Shown in pieces: positions 18,541-26,335 of a DNA stretch of 56,103 nucleotides (position 1 is its first letter; each line of letters opens with the position of its first letter). The position numbers were made by a program, and so were the translations under genes. The notes under the pieces were generated by a model. It made no database searches, was not told where the DNA came from, and was given only the letters and a program-made list of their open reading frames with translations. Location of the stretch: positions 1-56,103 of the forward strand of contig CAZPQW010000022.1 in the NCBI GenBank assembly GCA_964588985.1, written 5' to 3'. The DNA comes from an uncultured Solirubrobacteraceae bacterium. Its GTDB lineage: Bacteria; Actinomycetota; Thermoleophilia; Solirubrobacterales; Solirubrobacteraceae.

Positions 18541-18570
18541 ATTGTACGGTCGCGCCGCTAGCTTTATCCT
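18541..18570. promoter_or_regulatory. Back-to-back -10 elements for leaderless ecm and clpS
   Basis: TACAAT (minus, 18546-18541) is 6 nt before the ecm ATG; TATCCT (plus, 18565-18570) is 6 nt before the clpS ATG. Confidence 0.65.
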
Positions 18571-18576
18571 GCTGCC

Positions 18577-18864
18577 ATGGGTCAAACGATTGAGATTCCC
18601 CGCTCAGGCGCTCCTGGGACGGGCCTGGGGGGCGCGTGGAAGGTGATCGTCTGCAACGACGACCACAACACGTTCGAGCACGTCGCGCGCACGCTCGCGC
18701 GCTTCATCCCCGGGATCACGCACTCTCGCGGGATGGAGATCGCGAACGTGATCCACGGCTCGGGCAGGGCGGTCGTGTTCAGCGGCCAGCAGGAGCCGGC
18801 CGAGCACTACTGGGAGCAGCTGAAGGGCGCGGGGCTGACGATGGCCCCGCTCGAGAAAGCCTGA
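18577..18864 (+). CDS. clpS: ATP-dependent Clp protease adaptor ClpS
   Basis: WKVIVCNDDHNTFEHV...IH..GRAVV...AEHY...L...GLT. Confidence 0.92.
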   Translation: MGQTIEIPRSGAPGTGLGGAWKVIVCNDDHNTFEHVARTLARFIPGITHSRGMEIANVIHGSGRAVVFSGQQEPAEHYWEQLKGAGLTMAPLEKA

Positions 18865-18873
18865 GAGCGCGGC

Positions 18874-19227
18874 TCAGCCGGCGTGGATACCGTTGCCGTG
18901 GCCGTTGCCGGCCGCGACGACCTCCTCGGCGATGCCGCCGCTGGCGGTGAGATCCCACCAGCCGTATAGAACCGGCACCTGGTACCAGCTGGAGTGCTTG
19001 GCGCGGAAGTACGTCATCTCCGGGCCTTCCCAGAAGCGTTCCCACTGGAGGTACTCCTCGAAGGCGGCGAGCTGCTGGAAGCGGTAGCGGTCGTCGCGCT
19101 GGCGGTAGACGGCGTAGGTGCTGGCGCCGTAGCGCAGCGCGGTCGCCGCGACCTCGCCGAGCGCCGTCTCGAAGTCGTCCGCGCGGAAGCCCGTGGCGTA
19201 CCAGGGGACGATCACCGTGCCGGCCAT
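18874..19227 (-). CDS. Hypothetical protein, dimeric alpha/beta-barrel (ABM-like)
   Basis: 117 aa, aromatic-rich (VYRQRDDRYRF, WERFWEGPE); TGATG coupling to ccr. Confidence 0.75.
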   Translation of the reverse strand: MAGTVIVPWYATGFRADDFETALGEVAATALRYGASTYAVYRQRDDRYRFQQLAAFEEYLQWERFWEGPEMTYFRAKHSSWYQVPVLYGWWDLTASGGIAEEVVAAGNGHGNGIHAG

Positions 19228-20483
19228 CAGGCGCCGACCTCCGCGTGGATGGCGCCCGGTCCGTCCGCGGTCTTGCCCTGGCCCTCGGCGTCGGCGCCCA
19301 CGAGGATCGAGATCTTCCCGAGATGCTTGTTTTCGAGCATCAGCTGGTGCGCTTCGGCGACGCCGTCGAAGCCGAGCGTGCGCCACAGCACCGGTCGGAT
19401 CTGACCGCTTTCGATCAGCTCGTTGGCCTTCGTGCACTCGTACGCGTTGGCGAAGTGCGATCCGATGATCTCCTTCTGGCGCATCCACAGGTAGGCGACG
19501 TTGAAGTCGAGGTCGATGCCGGTGGTGCCGGCGCAGATGACGATTTTCCCGAACGTCTTGGCCGTGAACACGGATGTGGGGAACGTCGCTTTGCCGACGT
19601 GCTCGAAGACGATGTCGGGGGCGTCGCCGAGGATGCTCTGGACGCGCTTGGCGAAGGCGCGGGAGACGCCGAAGCGCTCCTTCTCCTCCTCGGGGGTCTC
19701 GCCGCCCTTGCGCATCATTCCGGCGAACTCGTCGCGGTTGATGTAGTCGACCGCGCCGAGGCGCTTGACGAGCTCGCCCTTCTCCTCGGAGGAGACCACG
19801 CCCACGCAGTTGGCGCCGGCGGCCGCGCAGATCTGCGTGGCGAACACGCCGAGGCCGCCCGCGGCGCCCCAGATCAGGACATTGGCGCCCGCCTGGAGGT
19901 TGCAGCGGGTGATGAGCATGCGGTAGGCGGTGAAGTACACGAGGCCGTAGGAGGCCGCCTCCTCCCAGTTCAGCGACTTGGGCTTGGGCAGCAGCTGCTG
20001 TGCCTGCACCTTGGTGAACTGCGCGAAGGAGCCCCAGGTGGTCTCATAGCCCCAGATCTTCTGGGAGGGCGCGGCCATCGGGTCGAGGCCGTGAACCTCG
20101 GGATCCTCGTAGGAGGCCTGGTTGCAGTGCACCACGACCTCGTCGCCGACCTTCCAGCGGGTCACGCCCGCGCCGACCTTCCACACGACGCCGGAAGCGT
20201 CGGAGCCGCCGATGTGGTGGCCGAACTCGGGGTGGTCGCCGTAGCGCATGACCGACACGGGCTTGCCCAGCGCGGCCCAGACGTTGTTGTAGTTGACGCC
20301 TGCGGCCATCACGCGGACGATCACCTCGAACGCGCCCGGCTCGGGCACCTCGATCTCCTCGAGTTGGAAGGCGTCCTTCGGCTCGCCGAAGCGCTCCTCG
20401 CGGATGACCCAGGCGGCCATCGTCTTGGGCAGCTCGCCGGGCTCGACGTCGACGGCGGAGACTTGTTGGAGATCGATAGCCAC
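19227..20483 (-). CDS. ccr: Crotonyl-CoA carboxylase/reductase
   Basis: MAAGVNYNNVWA, HIGGSDASG, IWGYET..GSFAQF, VLIWGAAGGLG, DIVFEHVG, ICAGTTG, WMRQK.I.GSHFAN. Confidence 0.96.
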   Translation of the reverse strand: MAIDLQQVSAVDVEPGELPKTMAAWVIREERFGEPKDAFQLEEIEVPEPGAFEVIVRVMAAGVNYNNVWAALGKPVSVMRYGDHPEFGHHIGGSDASGVVWKVGAGVTRWKVGDEVVVHCNQASYEDPEVHGLDPMAAPSQKIWGYETTWGSFAQFTKVQAQQLLPKPKSLNWEEAASYGLVYFTAYRMLITRCNLQAGANVLIWGAAGGLGVFATQICAAAGANCVGVVSSEEKGELVKRLGAVDYINRDEFAGMMRKGGETPEEEKERFGVSRAFAKRVQSILGDAPDIVFEHVGKATFPTSVFTAKTFGKIVICAGTTGIDLDFNVAYLWMRQKEIIGSHFANAYECTKANELIESGQIRPVLWRTLGFDGVAEAHQLMLENKHLGKISILVGADAEGQGKTADGPGAIHAEVGA

Positions 20484-20592
20484 GTGCTCTGGAACCTCGT
20501 GTGTCGGGGTCAGGGAAGGAAGCCAATCCTACCCGAGCCCCGGGATCGCCGCCGCGCAGTGATCCTCAGGGCTCGGCTCCCACCCGATCTCG

Positions 20593-21387
20593 CTATTCGC
20601 TGTTTTTCACGGCTTCGGCGGTCGCGAACTTGCTGTTGCCGTTCATGATCGCGCTGCTGTGACCGGCCGCTGAAGGGAGGCCGTATTTCGAGTCGATGAT
20701 GGGGTCGATCAGGAATTCGTTGATGCCTCCGCAGCCTTTCGCGCCCGGCACGGAGAACGCGTTTTCGACGAGCGAGTCGCCTTTGAAGACTTCGAGCGTG
20801 CCTTCTTCCTTGGATTCGAAGGTGCCTTTCGAGCCTTTGATCGGTTTGTTTGGCAGCGGCGGGCTGGTGGTGCCGGTGGTGAGGTTGAGCGTGATCGGCG
20901 ACGTGCTCGAGCCGATGAAGCAGCTTTCCCCGAGGAACATGTTTTTGAGGTGCACCCTGACCGGCAGTTTGATTGCCGTGCCTTCGCCGGCGGAGAGGTT
21001 TTTGCGGCTGAGCGCGACCGTCCCGACGAGTTCGAGGGTCGCGGTGACGGTCGTTTTTTCGAAGCCGCCGGGTACTTCCTCGGCTGTTTTCGACAGCGTT
21101 TCGCCTTCGGTCGTGTTGACGAACGTTTCTTCTGTTCCGGTCACCTTCAGGCCGCCCTGCAGGACGATCGGGTTGACGATCGGCACGCTCATCGTGCCGA
21201 ACACGAGTTCTCCGCCGGTGGTCTTCGAGTACACGCACCAGTTGACTCCGGCGGTGCCGAGGGGGCAGTCGTTGAAGACCGCGAATTCGCCTTTTGGTTT
21301 GCCGGCCATCGCCGCGGGTGCTGTGGCGAGAGCGGCGCACGTGACGATGAGCCACGCTGCGCTGGACATCGTGCGAAGTCGAAGCAT
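20593..21387 (-). CDS. Secreted hypothetical beta-rich protein with four Cys in the mature part
   Basis: AAGGAGG RBS; signal peptide ending AMA; FNDCP..WCV, CFIGS...PI.L, GCGG. Confidence 0.8.
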   Translation of the reverse strand: MLRLRTMSSAAWLIVTCAALATAPAAMAGKPKGEFAVFNDCPLGTAGVNWCVYSKTTGGELVFGTMSVPIVNPIVLQGGLKVTGTEETFVNTTEGETLSKTAEEVPGGFEKTTVTATLELVGTVALSRKNLSAGEGTAIKLPVRVHLKNMFLGESCFIGSSTSPITLNLTTGTTSPPLPNKPIKGSKGTFESKEEGTLEVFKGDSLVENAFSVPGAKGCGGINEFLIDPIIDSKYGLPSAAGHSSAIMNGNSKFATAEAVKNSE

Positions 21388-21508
21388 GAAGATCCTCCTT
21401 ACTCGCGGACGGCTCGGGGCCGCGTCTCGTGCATTCCTAACAGCACGAATTTGCGACGGCAAGGAGTGTTTCCCGCCTGTATGGGAATCCGCGTCGGGAA
21501 GCCCTGGG

Positions 21509-23083
21509 TCAGACGCGAACGGTCTCGGTGGCAGACCGCTCGGCTTGCGGGCTCGCCTCCGCCACGCGGTCGACCGCGCGTGCGTCGCGCCCCACGAGCG
21601 TCCACGCCAGCAGCGCCCCGAGCAGTGCGACCGCCGACCCGAGCCGCAGCCCATACTGCAGCGCATATACGAACGCCCGCTGGCTGGCATCGACGATCTG
21701 AGTGGGCATGCCGTGCAGGACACCGCCCGAGCCGAGCCCGCTCGCCAGCTCCGCGCGCTTGACCGCGGGCAGCGTCGGCAACAGCTGGTCGATCCTGGAG
21801 CGCCCGAGCGTGGCGACGAGAGCGCCGAGGATCGCGACGCCGAAAGTGCCGCCGACCATGCGGTTCATCGAGAGGATGCCGGAGGCGACCCCGGCCTTGG
21901 TCTGCTCGACGGCGTTCATCGCGGCGGTGCTCATCGGCGACATGACGAAGGCCATGCCGATGCCCATCAGCATGAAGCCGGGCAGCAGCGCGCCGTAGCC
22001 GCTCGAGACGGTGAGGTGCGACTGCCAGAACAGCGCGCCGGAGACGCACGTCAGTCCGAACACGATCAGCGGGCGCGAACCGACGCGATCGGCGAGCCGG
22101 CCCGCCCCGGGCGCGAGCAGCACGATCATCAGCGTGGAGGGCAGGAAGCGGACGCCGGCCTGCAGCGGCGTGTAGCGCAGCACGTTCTGCATGTAGAGGG
22201 CCATGAAGAAGAACATCGCGAGCATCGCGAAGGAGACGATGAACGCGACGATGTTGGTGCCGAGGAACGTGCGCGAGCGGAAGAAGCTGAAGTCGACCAT
22301 CGGCGAGCTCTGACGACGCTCGACGACGGCGAAGCTCGCGAGCGCGACGGCGGCGAAGGCGAACAGCGCGAGCTCGCGGGTCGAGCCCCAGTGCCATTCG
22401 TTGCCCTCCACGAGCGCCAGCACGAGTGCGCCGAGGCCGCTGGTGAGCGTGAGCACGCCGGGCACGTCCACGCGCTGGGCGACGGTCTCGTCACGCGACT
22501 CGCGCACCGCGAACAGCGTCACGACGATCGCGCCGACGGCGACGGGCAGGTTGAGGAAGAAGATCGACTGCCAGCTGACGCTCTCCACGAGGAAGCCGCC
22601 GAGCACGGGGCCGATCGCGAGCGCCATCGCGGAGACGCCCGCCCAGGTGCCGATCGCCTTGCCGCGCTCGGCGGGCGGGAACGCGTTGGTGATGATCGAG
22701 AGGGTTGCGGGCATCATCATCGCCGAGCCGACGCCCTGGACCGCGCGCCAGCCGACGAGCCACGTGTCGCTGGGGGAGAAGCCGATCGCGCCGCTGGAGA
22801 GCGCGAAGACGATCACGCCGGCGAGGAACACACGGCGGCGGCCGAACAGGTCGCCGAGGCGCCCGCCGGTTACTAGCAGGACGGCGAAGGAGAGCGTGTA
22901 GGCGTTGACCGTCCACTCGAGCGACGCGGTGGAGGCGTGCAGGCTGCGCTGGATCGACGGCAGCGCGACGTTGACGACGGTGTTGTCGAGCATGATCATG
23001 AAGAGGGCGAAGCACATCGCCGCGAGCGCCCACCAGCGGCGGTTGTCCTCGTTCATCCGCAGCGATCGCATCCTGTCGCTCAT
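21509..23083 (-). CDS. DHA2-family (EmrB/QacA) MFS transporter
   Basis: LDNTVVNVALPSI, W.VNAYTL, GRLGDLFGRRR, WRAVQGVG, GPVLGG...WQSIFFLNLPV. Confidence 0.93.
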   Translation of the reverse strand: MSDRMRSLRMNEDNRRWWALAAMCFALFMIMLDNTVVNVALPSIQRSLHASTASLEWTVNAYTLSFAVLLVTGGRLGDLFGRRRVFLAGVIVFALSSGAIGFSPSDTWLVGWRAVQGVGSAMMMPATLSIITNAFPPAERGKAIGTWAGVSAMALAIGPVLGGFLVESVSWQSIFFLNLPVAVGAIVVTLFAVRESRDETVAQRVDVPGVLTLTSGLGALVLALVEGNEWHWGSTRELALFAFAAVALASFAVVERRQSSPMVDFSFFRSRTFLGTNIVAFIVSFAMLAMFFFMALYMQNVLRYTPLQAGVRFLPSTLMIVLLAPGAGRLADRVGSRPLIVFGLTCVSGALFWQSHLTVSSGYGALLPGFMLMGIGMAFVMSPMSTAAMNAVEQTKAGVASGILSMNRMVGGTFGVAILGALVATLGRSRIDQLLPTLPAVKRAELASGLGSGGVLHGMPTQIVDASQRAFVYALQYGLRLGSAVALLGALLAWTLVGRDARAVDRVAEASPQAERSATETVRV

Positions 23084-23198
23084 TCGCGCTCCTCTCTCGG
23101 CCCTCGGCACGCAGCTTGCTTGCATCGACTGTAGAGGTCCGCAACGGCTGTCTGCGTGCTGTGCGGCACAGATTCGATCGCGCTACGCTCAACGTTCG

Positions 23199-23501
23199 GT
23201 GCCAGAGTCAGAGCCTCCAGAGGAGTCCGACCAGAGCCCTGCCGAGCAGGGGCCGAGCATCATGATGCCGCCGGAGGAGTTCGCCGGGAAATGGGCCAAC
23301 GCGGCGGCGATCGCGCGCACTCCTCACGAGTTCACGCTCGATTTCATGCGCATCGGGCCGCAGGGTCAGCAGGGCATGGTCGTCTCGCGGGTGTCGTTCT
23401 CGCCGCTGCTTGCGAGTCAGCTGCTGGACCTGCTGGGCGAACAGTGGCAGGCGTACACCGAGGAGTCGGGAATACCGCCGGAAGGCGAGCGCGATGGGTG
23501 A
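23199..23501 (+). CDS. DUF3467-family protein
   Basis: PEEFAGKWAN...TPHEFTLDF...VVSRV.FSP..A..L...L...YTEE.G pattern; GTG start inferred. Confidence 0.75.
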   Translation: MPESEPPEESDQSPAEQGPSIMMPPEEFAGKWANAAAIARTPHEFTLDFMRIGPQGQQGMVVSRVSFSPLLASQLLDLLGEQWQAYTEESGIPPEGERDG

Positions 23502-23685
23502 ATACGAGCCCTTCAAGGGGCGCGATCGGAAGCTCGAGCCCACCGAGGTGCCGCTGAAGGGCCCGAACGTGACCAGTACGCTCGACACTCCGCCGCATCC
23601 GGACGCGGTGAGAGCGCAGGATGCTGCGATTCGCAGGCATCTCAAGGATCGTCGCGCGCCACAGGATTCCCCGGAAGCGGAATAG
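23494..23685 (+). CDS. Small hydrophilic hypothetical protein
   Basis: 63 aa; overlaps the DUF3467 gene by 8 nt; GGAAGG upstream; high GC3 in the first half. Confidence 0.5.
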   Translation: MGEYEPFKGRDRKLEPTEVPLKGPNVTSTLDTPPHPDAVRAQDAAIRRHLKDRRAPQDSPEAE

Positions 23686-24001
23686 ACGAACAGTTTTCCG
23701 GGTACTCTTCAGTCTGACTCATTGTCCTTACGTAGTGAATTCCAACGGCTCCGGAGCACCACCACAGAGATTCGCGCGCTCCGGAGCCTAGGGATGTCCT
23801 CTCGTGGCCAACGTTGCCGCTCGCCGAAAGGGACAAGCATGGTCTAGCAAGACACATGCGCAGCTTGCAAGGGAATGTCAATCCGGGGACTGCGCGTACA
23901 AAAGCCCAGCCATCGGAATGTCCGTCGATAGGCGGATTTCTACTGATTCCACATACACGAGAAGTGGGAGACGATTTCCCAATTATTGGACTAAGGTGCG
24001 T

Positions 24002-24979
24002 TCACTCGTCGATCGGAAGCTCGAGTATCTCGGCGCTCGCACCGCTCTCACCCACGCTGACGGTGCTCCCCGGCTCCGCCTCGCGGCGCACGAGCGCGAG
24101 CGCGACCGGACCGAGTCGGGGCGAGATGGCGACGCTGCCCACGCGCCCCACCGCTCGCTCGCCCAGGAACAGCTCATCGCCGCCGGCGGCCGGGGCCGAG
24201 AGGCGCAGCCCGCGCAGATGGCGATTGGGCTTGCCCTTGTAGAACAGCCGCGCGACGGTCTCCTGGCCGACGTAGCAGCCCTTGGTGAAGCTGATCGCGC
24301 GCTCGTTCAGCCCCGCCTCCTGCGGGATGACGCTCTCGTCGAGGTCGATCCCGAAGCGCGGGCGACCGCGTTCGATGCGCAGGCACTCCGCCGCCTCTTC
24401 GCTCACCGGCGCCGCTCCACGCTCGCGCAACGCCGTCGCCAGTCGCTCGGTGTCGGCCGCCTCGCACAGAAGGTCGACGCCCACATCGGTGCGCACCGCG
24501 ACGGCGGTGACGCCGTCGATCGCGAAGACAGCGTTCGAGTGCTCGGTCTCGCCGAGCGCGCCGGCGCCGGCGACCGTCGCAGCGTCGGGGCCGATCAGCG
24601 ACAGCAGGCCGCGCTCGAGCGTGCGTTTGTGCAGCTCTACCTCGTACCCGACCTTGAAGCGACGGATCATGTCGAACAGCGCCTGCAGGGCCGAGCGCTC
24701 GGTGTCGAGCAGCAGCTCCGTGGGGCCGGCGCCGGGCTCGCCGACGGCGAGGATGCGCAGGTCACCGAGCATCTTGCCCTTGTGCGTGAGGAACGCCGCG
24801 TAGCATCCGTCGCCCGGGCGCAGGGTGGTCAGCTCGTTCGTTACCTGCCCGTTGAGGAACTCGACGGCGCCGGGGCCGCTCAGTGCGAGCTTGCCGCGCT
24901 CGGATCGGTCGAGCAGGCCGCAGCCCTCCAGCAGCGCAAGGTGCTCGGCGGCGAACGCGTGTGTGTCGGTGCTTGCCAC
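24002..24979 (-). CDS. ygfZ: Folate-binding YgfZ/GcvT-family protein
   Basis: FLNGQVTN, LTHKGK, RIERG.P, signature SFTKGCYVGQETVAR. Confidence 0.93.
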   Translation of the reverse strand: MASTDTHAFAAEHLALLEGCGLLDRSERGKLALSGPGAVEFLNGQVTNELTTLRPGDGCYAAFLTHKGKMLGDLRILAVGEPGAGPTELLLDTERSALQALFDMIRRFKVGYEVELHKRTLERGLLSLIGPDAATVAGAGALGETEHSNAVFAIDGVTAVAVRTDVGVDLLCEAADTERLATALRERGAAPVSEEAAECLRIERGRPRFGIDLDESVIPQEAGLNERAISFTKGCYVGQETVARLFYKGKPNRHLRGLRLSAPAAGGDELFLGERAVGRVGSVAISPRLGPVALALVRREAEPGSTVSVGESGASAEILELPIDE

Positions 24980-25014
24980 TGCTCCGAGAATAGCCGCGGT
25001 AGGCTTCCACCCAG

Positions 25015-25377
25015 ATGGCCTTCGCAGACACCTTCCAGCGCACGGTCGACTCGCTGCCCGAGGACTGGACCGATCTCGAGCTCGACCTGAGGATCGCTGA
25101 CGAGTCGCGCTACGTCGAAGCCGCGCTGTATCTGGCGACGTGCAACGCCCGCCCGTACTCCCACCACGACTGGCACTGGCGGCTGCTCGTGGCGCACCGA
25201 TTCGGTCACGCGGCCGCGGCGCAGACTGTGCACGGCGCGCTGAAGCTGCTCGACGACGCCGGCATCGAGGGCGAGATCGTGGTGCGCGAGACGCGCAGCG
25301 GGCGGGTGGAGGTCACGCAGATGTGGGGCCGTCCGCAGTCGGCGCGCGAGGAGTTCCGCCGCCTCCGGGCCCAGTAG
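25015..25377 (+). CDS. Hypothetical protein
   Basis: 120 aa, high GC3, divergent from ygfZ; His/Trp cluster YSHHDWHW. Confidence 0.75.
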   Translation: MAFADTFQRTVDSLPEDWTDLELDLRIADESRYVEAALYLATCNARPYSHHDWHWRLLVAHRFGHAAAAQTVHGALKLLDDAGIEGEIVVRETRSGRVEVTQMWGRPQSAREEFRRLRAQ

Positions 25378-25379
25378 CG

Positions 25380-25748
25380 GTGGCCCGCGTCGTATTGCTC
25401 ACGGCCGACCTGCTGTTCGGCTCCAACGTGCAGGGCGCGCTCGCGGCGGCTGGGCACGAGGTCCAGTCGGTCGCGGACGAGGGCCGGCTGCGCGAGCGGC
25501 TGAGCGACGAGGCGCAGTCGGGCGTGGATGTGCTGGTCGTCGATTTGACTGACGAGGATCTCCAGGGGTCCGCGGTCGTGGAAGCTGTCGCGGAGGAACT
25601 GGGCCCCACGCGCACGCTCGGCTTCTACTCCCACGTGGACGTCGCCGCGCGCGAGCGCGCGGAGCAGGCGGGGTTCGATCTCGTGGTGCCCCGCTCGCGC
25701 ATGGCGCGCGAGGGCGCGGAGATCGTCACGCGCCTGGCCGCGGGCTGA
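25380..25748 (+). CDS. Stand-alone atypical response-regulator receiver domain
   Basis: VVLLTAD / DVLVVDL / TLGFYSH / A..AGFDLVVPRS follows the receiver beta-alpha pattern; GTG 2 nt after the upstream stop. Confidence 0.7.
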   Translation: MARVVLLTADLLFGSNVQGALAAAGHEVQSVADEGRLRERLSDEAQSGVDVLVVDLTDEDLQGSAVVEAVAEELGPTRTLGFYSHVDVAARERAEQAGFDLVVPRSRMAREGAEIVTRLAAG

Positions 25749-25755
25749 GCGCCCC

Positions 25756-26274
25756 CTACGCGGCGGCTTCTCGCGCCGACGCCGTGCGCTGACGCTCCGC
25801 CCGCCGCCGCAGCGGGTGATCCGGAGAGGCGCCCGGGCCGGCGTGGGCGACCACGTCGTGCGCCTGCAGCGGCGCTCCGCACTTGCCGCAGATCCGGTGC
25901 TCGTCGACCGCGCCGCCGCAGTTGCGGTGTTCGAGCAGCACCGGCGGCCCGGCTGGGGGGCTGGCGTAGCGGTCGCCCCACTGCAGGAGCGAGACAATCG
26001 TGGGCCACAGGTCGATGCCCTTCTCGGTGAGGCGGTATTCGTAGCGGGCGGGGCGCTCCTGGTATAGGCGCTTCTCGAGCACGCCGTTGTCGAGCAGTCG
26101 CGTGAGGCGGGTCTGCAGGACGTTGCGCGCGATGCCGAGGTTGCGCTGGATCTCGTCGAAGCGGCGCAGGCCGAGGAACACGTCGCGCACGATCAGCAGC
26201 GACCAGCGCTCGCCGACGACCTCGAGGGTCGCGGCGATGCTGCACGTTTGGCTCCCGTAGTCGTTGCCGAGCAT
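25756..26274 (-). CDS. HxlR-family transcriptional regulator
   Basis: CSIAATLEVVGERWSLLIVRD, RRFDE, L..RL..L, EYRLTEKG, LLQWGDR; C-terminal H..C...C..C. Confidence 0.92.
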   Translation of the reverse strand: MLGNDYGSQTCSIAATLEVVGERWSLLIVRDVFLGLRRFDEIQRNLGIARNVLQTRLTRLLDNGVLEKRLYQERPARYEYRLTEKGIDLWPTIVSLLQWGDRYASPPAGPPVLLEHRNCGGAVDEHRICGKCGAPLQAHDVVAHAGPGASPDHPLRRRAERQRTASAREAAA

Positions 26275-26299
26275 CTCACCACCAGCATAGACGGTTTGA

Positions 26300-26314
26300 G
26301 TTGCATCATGCAAC
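26300..26314. promoter_or_regulatory. Palindromic operator between hxlR and the MFS gene
   Basis: GTTGCA-TCA-TGCAAC; a degenerate copy, GTTGCATGATAAAAC, lies at 26331-26345. Confidence 0.65.
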
Positions 26315-26335
26315 GGTTGTGGTAGGGTCCGTTGC

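Noticed and set aside
1-20483. Autotrophic 3-hydroxypropionate bicycle, reverse TCA or serine cycle
   Set aside because: No malonyl-CoA reductase, propionyl-CoA synthase, citryl-CoA lyase, 2-oxoacid:ferredoxin oxidoreductase, SHMT or PEP carboxylase in the window. The EMC pathway explains the genes more simply.
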